Assembly: GCF_018977255.1 (NCBI RefSeq)
Contig: NW_024704743.1
Coordinates: 79,176,001-79,240,000 of the forward strand
Reading direction: 5' to 3'
Length of the DNA stretch: 64,000 bases
Source: Callorhinchus milii
Taxonomy: Eukaryota
Each line of letters starts with the position of its first letter. Positions within the stretch are counted from its first letter, which is position 1. Below the pieces are notes generated by a model. The model saw nothing but the letters and a program-made list of their open reading frames with translations, was not told the DNA's origin and did not search any database. Made by a program: the position numbers and the translations under genes. Shown here one piece after another: positions 41,151 through 52,109 of this stretch.

Positions 41151-41830
41151 GGAATATATATGGTATATATGGAAGTTGACCCCATGTCTGCGGATGATGT
41201 CACCAAGAGGGAGCATATAGACATTGAAGAGGAGGGGACCAAGGACAGTGCCCTGAGGAACGCCGCACGAGACGGTTCGGGGCTAGAGGAGAAACTATTT
41301 GGGCAGATGAAGTGGAAGCAGTGTGAGAGGTGCGATCTGAACCAGTCAAGGATAGAGCTATGAAGGTTGAGGTGAGAGGAGAGGCGGTGGATGAGGATAG
41401 AGTGGTCGACGGTGTCGAAGGCAGCAGAGAGGGAGGATGAGGAGGCAGAGGGAGCCCTGATCGCAGATGGACAGAGTGTCATTTGTCACTTTGACCAGGG
41501 TTGTTTCTGTGCTGGGGTGGTACGGAAACCAGATTGGAGGGGTTTGTGAACGGAGTGGCTGGAGAGGAAGGAGCGAAGCTGGGAAGCAGCAACTCGTTCC
41601 AGGACCCTTGGAGAGGAAATGGAGGTTGGAGATGGGGTGGTAGTTTGGGAGTAGAGATGGGTCCAGGGAGGGTTTTTAAAGGATAGGAGTAATGACGGCC
41701 GTTTTTAATGAGGTGGGAACAGTATCAGTGGACGGAGAGGTTTATGATGTCTGTGACTAGAGGGACAAGGGGATGGAGCTGGGAAGTAAGGAGAGGGGTA
41801 AGGATGGGGTCGAGGGAGCCGGTGGTCAGT
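41150..41830 (-). mobile_element. L2 RT fragment
   Basis: LSAAFDTVDHSILIHRL on the minus strand. Confidence 0.88.
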
Positions 41831-41839
41831 TTCATCCTT

Positions 41840-42290
41840 CAACTTAATTTCCTCTGACGGCTTCACCTCCAGTCTCTGCCTTGTTAACTGTGCTGTACCC
41901 GTGGGCTGTATCTTCGGCCCTCCTTTTTCTCATTTATATGTATATCCTTGGTGACATCAGGTATGGAGTAAATTTCCATGCAGATGCTAATGGCTCCCAA
42001 ATCTATTTCTCTGCTTCTACCTTGATTCCTAGTCCATTGATGATCTAACCAGTTGTCTGGTCCTGAATGAGCCTCAACGTTTTTCAGTTCAATGTGAACA
42101 AAATAAAAGCCATCTTACTTGCTCCCACCAACACTTCCTTGCCTCTGACTCTGATCATCTCAATCTTCCCAGTTGCTCTCTTCCTGAGGCAATATAATTA
42201 ACATATTAATGTTTTGACCCTCAGTTCTGTTTCCCGTTTTACCATGACTGCCTTTCTTCATCTTCACCACATCACCCATTTCAATCCCAA
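41840..42290 (+). mobile_element. Old L2 RT fragment, head-to-head with the previous copy
   Basis: Degenerate VPxGxIFGPP, FHADA, QFNVNKIKAILL. Confidence 0.7.
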
Positions 42291-43239
42291 TCATAGTGTA
42301 TAGAGGAGTCACTAATAGCAACAATGGTTGTACACAAAAATATTCAATGGAAAAGATGTTTTTTCCCTCGTTCAGTGATCCCATCGGTGTAAAGTGTTTC
42401 AAGGTGTTTCAAAATGGTCTTCTAAAGAATTTCAAGCAATGGACCACAATATTCTTGTAGCCATCAGTCCCAGAGTATGCATGCAACGGTCCACTTTATT
42501 CCCATCTGAAAGTGCTATACTTGTGATGTCACTTAACAGTTAATGGTAAATGATATGTTTGAAAATAAGCTTCCATAGCTCTTGCAAAAGGACCTTTCTA
42601 GTTTTAAGAAGATTCAAGGATTGCGCGTCTGATCTTGATTCTGCTATTGTCAGTTAGTAAAAAAAACCTCAGTATTTTGGTTCTCCTAGTATCAGAGGTG
42701 CAGATTCATATTTTGACTCTTGTTGTCTGCCAGACATTTTTTTTATATAAACTTCCCCTTCTTTTAGATCCTCAAATAATGTTCCTTTGCTGAATGGTTG
42801 AGTAGTGTTCTTTTTAGGTGTCTGAATTTCAAAGAAAATCAACCTGAAGAAACTGAATCTAAAATTATGCAGAGCAGTGTTTGTTGTGTTAGTCATATAA
42901 TCCTACAGGGGAATTGTACATATTGGCATTTTTTTAGTTTAAAATAACCTACTTATTTTCTTCAACCTGCTAAACAACCATTAGAAGCCATATTTATTTT
43001 CCTGCAGTTGCTACTTCTGTTTTGGAGTAGCCACAAAACTGGAAACCAAACCACATTTATTTTTGTCACTTGAAATTTTGCTTGATCCAGTTGCGGGTAA
43101 TTCTGTTGAAATCCACAACTGTTTGTGGGACACTGCAGTGTGCAATTGGTTGCAACGTTTCACCCACAAAAATACAATCAATTAATTTTACATTATATTC
43201 TGTGAAACGCTTTGAGACATTTAGAAGACGTCTTTATAA

Positions 43240-43610
43240 TTCAGAAGGTTGTGGGTTCACGCCATAAATCAGGACTCCGAACTCAATCTCGACTGATTCA
43301 GCGCTGGGAAGTGCTGTATTGTTGGAAATGCCGTCCTTCAGGTGAAATGTTACAGCTACGTCTGGGCTGGCCATTCAGGTGGTCATTAAAGATCCATTGG
43401 CAATATTCCAAACGAGAAAGGAGTTTTTCAGTGTTCTGGCCAGTGATCCCCAAATAAAATTGGGTTATTTCACTTCATGGCTGTTTATGAAGCATTTCTG
43501 TGTGCAGAAATTGGCTGCCATATTTGCCTGCAAAATACAAGCTTGCTACACTTTACAGTAAATCCTATAAAATGACTCGTATGAAAGGAGTCAAATGCAA
43601 GGTTTATTTT
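43240..43610 (+). mobile_element. Old DeuSINE, nearly full length
   Basis: TCAGAAGGTTGTGGGTTCA...CAGGTGGTCATTAAAGATCC...AAATTGGCTGCC...CAAATGCAAGG. Confidence 0.8.
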
Positions 43611-44339
43611 TCTTTCTGTATTTTCATTTTACTAAATATGTTTTGGATATAATTCTATATTAATTAAAATGAGACACATGTAATTAAAATGAGCGCTTTG
43701 AGATAGATTCTCCTTCTTGGAAGACTATTATTGCAATATATGTTGTCATATAGTGTACTTGGAGTAACGTAGTTGAGGTCCACTAAAATTAATGTTGGAA
43801 GGGAAACAGATGGCAGGTGAAAGCAGAATGCAAATAGCTATTGGAATTCAACCACTTTTTCTTATGTAAAATAGATGGGAGCAATCACAACCATGTGATA
43901 TCCTTTAAAGGATATTTGGGGAAAAAGCAAGTAGAAAAGGGATAGTTTTGCGCAAATTAATGCTCCCCCCCTCCGACACACACACACACCTCAAAAACTT
44001 AACAATATAACTCAAAAATATTTATCCAACACAAAAACTTCACCATTCAGCTCTAGCTGCCTGTCCACCACAAATAGATCCCAGGGAACATAAACCATTT
44101 TGCAATGTGCATGATCATCTAAATTAAACCTATCGTATAACCTTTAATCCCATTTTGAACCACATAAGATATTTATCCATACAAATGATGTCTAATAAAT
44201 AGCTCATCTGCTAGATACCTCCTAAAGAGAATTCTGGAAGATTAGAGAGGTGGGAAATATTTTGCTTCAATATTAATTCTGACCCCTGTGACCTCTGTTC
44301 TCTTTAGATGAGCTTTGCTGCTCTCACCAGTCTTCAGAG

Positions 44340-44900
44340 TAGAAAAAATCTAGATGAAGTCCAATAGCCTTGGGAAACTAATTCGTGTAGAGGTGAGCAA
44401 AGCATAAGTTTCGAAGAAGCTACAAGGAATCAAATGGCTCTGAGACATGTGGACCAGACTGTATGCATCATAGACTTTTCAAGGAATTGAGAAAGGAATA
44501 GATGAGGCTCTGGATAATATTTTTATATCTCCATAAATGGGTTGTATTTGAAGACTGGAGGATTGGGAATTTGATCCTGATATTAGAAAGCAAAATTTAA
44601 ATTGGGCATTGAAGACCAGTTAGTCTAACATCAACAGTGGGTAAAATGTTCAAAAATAATTAATGGGATGTAAAAGATCAGGATGGCCAACTTGCAGTTC
44701 ATGGGCTATAAGTGGCCATCCCTGTTATAGATGATCATTGTTAGAGCATGAAATGATCATTTGCATAAGTTTAGAAGCCGTTAGTAAATTTGTTTTTTAA
44801 AGTAATAAACAAAACCAGATACAATTTAGTTTTATTTTCAGAAGGACTTTGAACTTCCACATTTAAGTTTTTAAAAAAGATGAAATGTATTGTCAGTAAC
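44340..44900 (+). mobile_element. Old CR1 RT fragment
   Basis: Degenerate GPDCMH / EDWRIGN / RPVSLTSTVGK motifs. Confidence 0.65.
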
Positions 44901-45730
44901 TGTCACCCTTATTCCCATGTAGGACCCATGAGAATGCTGCCACTTTTAATTGGGAAGAGTGGAGATAATGGCTCAATACCCATTTATCAGAGAGATATCC
45001 AGGTCACCTTTGCAGATTAGAAACCATCATATCCCAACAATTACTTTTGTGAACTCCACTTAGCATTCCTTCGATTTGATATTATTCCTCTAGCTTCTCC
45101 TACACAGTCTTATGTTCTTCACTGGACCCCTGTGGCTTTTTATGCAAGTCTTTTTGCGTGGAGCTTTATAAAAAGTCTGAATGTCAAAATAAAATGGGGG
45201 GTACAAATATCTGCACATCTGCTTTATTTGTAGCTTCCTCAAAAAAAACCTCAAGCATCCTGCTGTTTACTGCTGGAAGAAAAGCGATAGCAATAATGCT
45301 GTGTTTATATTGCACTATTCGTCGCTCCTGGCCAAAGGGATGCGGAAGCCAAATTTATGTTTCCTGTTCTTTCTTACTTTGGCCGGGGTCATAAACAGCA
45401 TTAGTAGTTTGGTTAATATTTTGCCTAGAAGCAGCACTAAGATGAGATAAAATTAAGCTTTTTCTAGCTCGGCATCAAACCAAACTGCTGTTAAGCTCTC
45501 TGAGATACTACTGGTATGAAGGGTGCTATAGAAGTACAAATTGTTATTTACTTGCTATAAAATATTTGGGCCAGAACACTGTTATTACCTTCATCTAAGA
45601 ATGCAATATTTCTTCAGCTAAGAATGCAATATTCATTTTAAAAGTGCTGTAGGTTTTTTTTCCTCACTTTGTGCTGCAATAATAATTGAAGCCCAGCCTT
45701 ACCCCAATGTACCCTTACCTCCACCTCTTC

Positions 45731-46043
45731 GTGGAGTCCTGTAGTTCAGTGGTTAGAGCACTCGTTTTACAAGTGAGAGACCTGAGTTCAATTCCCGGCA
45801 GGGCGAAACCTTGGGCAAGTTTCCTTACTCCACACGCCTAATAATAATCCCTCCAATACAAAAAACAATAATAAATTGGTCATTTTCAATCTACGACTGT
45901 TTGTGGGACATTGCTGTGCGCAATTGGCTGCCGCGTTCGCCCACAAATATACAGTCAATTCACTTTACAGTATATTCTGTGAAGCGCTTTGGGACGTCCT
46001 CCCAATGTGAAAAGCGCTATATCAAATGCAAGGATTATTATTA
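45731..46043 (+). mobile_element. Young tRNA-derived SINE, short subfamily
   Basis: Same head, body and tail as the 11559 and 47625 copies. Confidence 0.93.
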
Positions 46044-47624
46044 ATGTAAAATGCCAAAAAAGAATATTACCCATATTCTGTTGTGTAATTTGTAGCAGTG
46101 CAAATTATTTTAGTCACCAAATGAAATTTAACATCTCTGTGTTCTTACTGTTCTATAGTTTTATAACTTTTAATTTAATTTTCTTTATCCAGTAACTAGC
46201 ATAGTTTTGTAAACGGTTTGCACTTACAGAATAATGTCTCAAAGGATGACATGGATCATTGAGCAATGTGGAATGAAGGGGAGGGAGTTTGAGAATGATG
46301 ATAAAAGTCATAATCAAGAAGGGGGGATTTTGAAGGTCAGAGAAAAAGCTCAAAGAGACTTTTGGGAAAATGTCCAGAGAGCAAGTACATGGATGCTAAA
46401 GGCTTGGCCAGATATGATGAGCCAGTTAAGGTGAGGCTAGAGTTGGAGGAGCAAAGGGTACAGAGAGGCAGGTCGATGGAGCTGGAGGAAATTGCAGAAG
46501 TAGGGTGAGATGAGAGCATGAAGAAATTTAAAGCTTGGGTTGAGGTTCTTTAAAGAAGCAATCTCAAGAAAATTCATACCATGTATTTTTGGTTTGTAGT
46601 AATAGTTGTCGGATATTAAATTTATAATGTAATCCATTTCATTATAACAACAACCAACTTGCATTTATATAGCACCCTTGACGTGGGATAGCATCTCAGT
46701 TTTTTTATAAGTAAAGATTGAAGGAGGGAAAACGTTTGAGTAAAATCAGAAATGCATTATAATTGGGATTGGCTTTACCAACACTAAAAAGTCAAAACCT
46801 CCCAACAAAATAATGAAGACAAGTAGCTTGGGGTTATTCAAAATAATGGTTAATTCTCATGCTGGGAGGGTTAATATGCCAAAGATCTTGAATAAAATCC
46901 AGGCAACCTCCACTCAGTTTTTCAGTGATGTGAGTCTTGAGAAAAGCTGCTATCAGAATTTGTCACCCTCATTAATAATAATAATACTCTTATTAGAGTA
47001 TTCAGTAACTGGTTTCCAGGACTATTTTTTTAAGAATATATTGAGATTCCAGGATTTGTGCCATATTGCCCTCTTTCTGCATTTAGTGTAGATAGCAAAG
47101 TGTAGAACTTGAATGGTAGACACTAGTGATGATACTTCTAGCCTTAAGGACAAAATATTCAAATCATATTTTATGTGTTGTAATCTGTGGGTTATATTTT
47201 AATGCTTTCAATTTTGTGTTTTTCATATTAGTATTCCTGTAATCCTGTAATTTGCCAAGATGTTCAATTAACCTAGCCATCCATTTAATAGGATTGAGTG
47301 AGTCTTTTGTAAACATATCTTCCTTATTGCTTTGAATTTAGATTTTTTTTAAAATTATGTATAGTAACAAGAGTAACATTCAATCTGTCCTGAATACTAG
47401 TTTATATTGTGCCTTTTTAAAATAAACGTATTTCCTGCCTTTTTACATACACTTTAATGTCCTTCGGGATGTATAAAAGAGACATAGATAGATGGTTTGC
47501 TATTTTAAATTCCATCTGGTAAAGTTCCAGCCACTCACTTAATTTGTCTATGTCCTTTTGCAATTTTTCTGCTGTCCTCTCCAGAATTTACAATACTCCC
47601 TAGTCTAGTCCTAGTGTAGGACTC

Positions 47625-47940
47625 GTGGAGTCCTGTAGCTCAGTGGTTAGAGCACTCGCTTTGCAAGCGAGAGACCTGAGTTCAATTCCAGGCAGGGCGA
47701 AACCTTGGGCAAGTTTCCTTACTCCACACGCCTAATGATAATCCCTCCAAAACCAAAAACAATAATAAATTGGTCATTTTCAATCTACGACTGTTTGTGG
47801 GACATCGCTGTGCGCAATTGGCTGCCGAGTTCGCCCACAAATATACAGTCAATTCACTTTACAGTGTGTTCTGTGAAGCGCTTTGGGACGTCCTCCCGAC
47901 GTGAAAAGCGCTATATCAAATGCAAGGATTATTATTATTA
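47625..47940 (+). mobile_element. Young tRNA-derived SINE, short subfamily, TSD TAGTGT
   Basis: Head retains anticodon arm CTCGC-TTTGCAA-GCGAG (Ala TGC-like); TAGTGT at 47612-47617 and 47939-47944. Confidence 0.94.
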
Positions 47941-48099
47941 GTGTTATCAGCAAACTTATAATTACTTCCCTGTATACCTATTTCAAAGTTGTATCATCAA
48001 AAAGTGAGGCCCAATCACCAATTCCCTGGGCACACAACTTTTCACTATGTACCAATCAGAGCAAGTTCCTTCTATATCAATTCTCTGGTAACCCTCAAT

Positions 48100-48522
48100 C
48101 TCTTTGGGGATAGATAAGCAGGGTCTTGTTGGCGCTGAGCTGGGTCTAAGGTGACTTGCTTGGCAGTGGAATGTCAGAATCAAGTCAGATGGATTTGTGA
48201 TACTCCAGATCACTGCTGGTAACAGACCAGCCGGGGCACTCATTGGCAGTTCTTGGAGTAACAAGAATGATCACTGGGCACAGGCACTCTTCCTTCTTAG
48301 CACCAATAAGCCCAGCCCTCATGTGTAGGGTGGTCCTTGTTGGACCAGCAGTGAGATGCTTCCAAGGTAGTGCTTTTAATGTCAAGCGATATGGTTTTAG
48401 CTGGTTAAGCTCCAGCAGTACCCTGACACACACTCTTGAGGTCTCCAAACCTTGAGTCTTGCCAACCTGTAACTAACACTCTCCAGAATTAAGTAAACAG
48501 GATGTGCCCCTCTGGGGGAAAG
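48100..48522 (+). repeat. Unclassified interspersed repeat, most complete copy
   Basis: 5' part homologous to 26690-26830 (minus) and 27340-27400 (plus); 3' part homologous to 30221-30338 and 30457-30570. Confidence 0.7.
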
Positions 48523-48524
48523 GC

Positions 48525-48824
48525 GAGCATTATTGATTCAACGAAACTTAGTCTTGACTCATCGCCACATGCGCAGAAGAGCTTAAATTTCCCACAATTT
48601 CAATGCGATTCCAAAGGTTGCCAGTATATGCGCATGTGACAAGGGTCAAAACTACATTTTCCACAATTCAATGGGGCCACATGCACATTGAATTATGCAT
48701 GCACAGTGAAGATTATTGATTAAATCAGATTTTACACAATTTTTACAAGTACAACTATAACTCGGACTTCACAAAAGTAATTATGTTACAGTCTTGACTG
48801 ATATGAATTATGTGAGTTTTACTG
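48525..48824. mobile_element. Right half of the same TIR family
   Basis: Ends TTATGTGAGTTTTACTG|TA; internal homology to about 860-1075 and 26520-26654. Confidence 0.75.
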
Positions 48825-49719
48825 TACCACTCTGTGCCAACTTGCTTTCTGTCTTTGAGTCTTTTCTCCCTCTGAGACTCCCAAGTGTCTATTAGAAAAT
48901 TTAAACTTAAACTTCTCGGAGTCTGACTTTCTAAATCTTTACATCTTGCCTTCAAAAAGAAAAACCTTTTGTTGTGTTACCAGTTCATTTGCAACATGCA
49001 TACCTGGGAAACACAAAACTAAACTTTTTTGCTGACGTTGCATTTCACACGAGCAGTCGATAGTCGACATGTGCATAACGAGGAGTTGAACAGCATTACG
49101 TTTGTGAAGTATGATCTATCTTTCATAAAATCATGCTGACTCCCTTATTAAATATCCAGATACTCAGTTACTTTGTCCCTGATGATGGATATCAGTAATG
49201 TTTCCACAATTCAGTATACATTTTTCTAAAAGGTGATGTATTGAATCTTTTGGCACTGCCACAGTAAACATAACCCAGCATTTTCTTCTTTATTGTGCTT
49301 GCAAAATTGGCTCCTGGATGTCGCTGTGAAATTTAGTCCTGATAATATAGTTATAACAATTTGGCATGCATTTTATATCATGAAATACCCTAGGAGCTAA
49401 CTGAAATTTATTGCAAAAGTATATGATTTTGTCAGGAAAAACAATGAAGAATGCAACTCATTTTCAGGTTCAATGTCCTGGAACTTGTCTCAATAAATCC
49501 AGTACTTTAGAAGTATTGAAATTGTAACACATTTTTCAAAAATGCAGCACTGAGGGTGCTGCTACCTAAAATGGAAGATATTGCAGATGAAAGAGTTTTG
49601 CCAGTCCTATTTCAGAAGCCTCTGTGAAATTTGGTACTGATAATATACTTATTACAATTTAGGATGTATTTTGTATTGTGAGATGCACTAGAGGCTAACT
49701 GAAAATAATTGCAAATGTA

Positions 49720-49890
49720 CAGTAAACCTCACATAAGTTGTATTGCTTGGAACCATACATTTAATATAACTTCTGCAAAATATAGTTATGTGAAACTTAT
49801 AAATAATAGGAAATTCAATCAGACTTGCGCAGATGTATGACTTAAGCAATAATATGATTTATACAGATCAGGCTTATGTGAGTCTTACTG
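49720..49890. mobile_element. Tc1/mariner (pogo/Tigger-type) MITE, 171 bp
   Basis: TA|CAGTAAACCTCACATAAG...CTTATGTGAGTCTTACTG|TA; 16/18 TIR match, TA duplication. Confidence 0.85.
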
Positions 49891-50164
49891 TATGTGAGTT
49901 AAAAACAGTATTGGAATTTGAGCCAGTAATTGTGATGGTGTTAATTGAGTGCATACATACAGTACAGACCTGTAGAATTATTGACATTTGTTAATAAATA
50001 TGATTTTGTGCCTCTGCAGTTTTTGAATCTTACACAGTTTAAATGATAGGCATTGTTATAATTTAAATTTCTATTAATGTCATCAGTAAAAATTCAGGCA
50101 TTCTCGCTACTCTTTCATATGTACCTGATGAACTTTGTAAAAGTATATATTTTTCACACTTTGT

Positions 50165-50247
50165 ACTTTTTCCTTCCTAAAAATGCTTTTGCCTTTCCTG
50201 ATCGAAGTCTAGGAGAGTAAGTTAAAGCTTTTAATCAATTGTGCATG
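50165..50247 (+). promoter_or_regulatory. Microexon splicing-regulatory cassette (CU-rich tract, UGC motifs, downstream UGCAUG)
   Basis: TGC at 50184-50186 and 50190-50192, branch-like CCTAA at 50176-50180, weak AAG acceptor, consensus GTAAGT donor, TGCATG at 50242-50247. Confidence 0.65.
50208..50216 (+). CDS. ASAP1: ASAP1 9-nt alternative microexon TCTAGGAGA (Ser-Arg-Arg) in the BAR-PH linker
   Basis: ctttttccttcctaaaaatgcttttgcctttcctgatcgaag|TCTAGGAGA|gtaagt; phase 0/0 inside a phase-0 intron; matches the KE-SRR-DSQS isoform I recall for mammalian ASAP1. Confidence 0.85.
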
Positions 50248-51230
50248 TGTTTTGTCTTGTTTTTTTTTGTGTGTCTTACCTATTTTATACTGCTGAAATT
50301 CTCATATTTCCATTGTAAAAACTTGTAGTAATGTTTGGAAAAGAATAAGAAACAGTTGAACATTGAATAAAATAAACTCAAGATTTTCAAAGGGTTTATC
50401 TTCAACAAGTCCATATGTAATCATCAAATTACTGCCTTTCACATTTTAAAATCTGAGTTGAAATTTAAGATGAGACAAATGATCAGCATTCAGAGAATTG
50501 GGGTTTGAGACTCACCAACATAAATCTGCCCAGATTTAGTTTCCATGATTTTTGTGAAGATTGTATTACATGTTGTACAGTACACCTTAGTCTTGATGCT
50601 CAGAGGTCTAAATTGACAAATATCGAATAGAAAAGGAAAATGAAACAAAATCCTGACCACTTCTAAGACTGAGGTCAGTTTATCAAGGTGATGTTAGAGA
50701 AACCTAAACTTTAAGATGTGTCTAGTTTTTACAATATTCCTGGAAAAGGAATCTATAAAGGCATACACATACAATTATTCAGTATAAGGTTCAATTAAGG
50801 TTGTATCTATATTCATCTTAGTCACCTTGTTAGTTTGTTTTAAATATTCCATTATTAGCGATTATATGAAGAACATTTATCAATTGAAGATGAAGTGAAA
50901 TCATAATTGTTCATGTGTCTCTTAAAAAACAAAATCGTACAGTTGAATTATCACATCAAATTATAATTGAGAACAGAATAGAGCATATGTTCATAGAAAG
51001 GTTCCGTGGTCATCTTATGGCACTGCTCTTGACAAGTTGGTATTTACGAAATATTATTCAAAAACTCAAAATGGGTTACTAATGCAATTAGTTAAGATAA
51101 CACCTATTAAGATGGCTGAATAATCTAAGTGTTGTTACTCTTTAGATCATATGTAGTGCTATTAGATATTTGGTGTTTTCCTATTCTATGTACTGTTCAT
51201 AGCTTTAATTTATCTATTTTCTTTGCCTAG

Positions 51231-51331
51231 GATTCCCAAAGTAAGCAGTCGGGATACAGTATGCACCAACTTCAGGGAAACAAAGAGTATGGCAGTGAAA
51301 AGAAAGGATACCTTATGAAAAAAAGTGATGG
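51231..51331 (+). CDS. ASAP1: ASAP1 coding exon (linker and start of PH), 101 nt, DSQSKQSGYSMHQLQGNKEYGSEKKGYLMKKSD(G)
   Basis: ttttctttgcctag|GAT...GATGG|gtatgt. Confidence 0.97.
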
Positions 51332-51895
51332 GTATGTATTCATTTTCTATGTAGACACTAGATGATTTAACACTTGCTGATCACTACATCTAAATTGAAA
51401 GGGTATCAGTTCTTAATGCCTTATTCAAACTTGTTGGTTCAACATCTTGCAGTTTAAAAACTCCTTTCATGTAGGAGAGTATTTCAAAGTGGTTTACAGA
51501 GATGAATTAAAAGATGGGAGGGAAGTAAGCAGGAGAGAGATTTGTTTTTAAAAAAATTAATGTATCTGTTTTCTACTTGTTTCCCCATGTATGCCTTTTT
51601 GTGTCTATTCACTAGCCAGAATCAAAAAGCCATACTTCATTGTGGAGACAAGTATCCTCTTCTTGCTGGGATGTGATTCCAGGGGCACTGCTCACCTCAA
51701 ATAACGTAATTGTGATGAGCAGTTTACAAATGAGAGTTGACAATGAATTGTACATAGAACAAAGCTATGGAAATAGCTTGTAGCATATTCAGCACATCTG
51801 TTAATAAATACACATGTATTCATAATGGGCAGGCAAAACTATTGTGATGTTAATTGTGTACGATATACCAAAAATATATTTTTCTTAAAACTTAG

Positions 51896-51965
51896 CATTA
51901 GAAAGGTTTGGCAGAGAAGAAAATGCAACGTCAAGAATGGCTATCTAACTATATCACATGCAACT
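51896..51965 (+). CDS. ASAP1: ASAP1 coding exon (PH), 70 nt, IRKVWQRRKCNVKNGYLTISHAT
   Basis: cttaaaacttag|C ATT...ACT|gtaagt. Confidence 0.97.
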
Positions 51966-52109
51966 GTAAGTAATATCTCTTTATATTTCTTTATTAGAAC
52001 AATAATTTTAATCATTCATGTTAAGGAATTGATGCATTATATTGATTGCAGTGTGGCTAATTGAAAATAAAATAGGAAAAATATTATGAATTGTATAATT
52101 TATTCGTTA

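Noticed and set aside
41150..42290. Twin-priming inversion of one L2
   Set aside because: The two arms overlap in RT homology and differ in decay, so they are two independent copies
47629..47701. tRNA-Ala(TGC)-like cloverleaf
   Set aside because: It is the SINE head: T-stem and acceptor mismatches, and it is followed by the SINE body in every full-length copy
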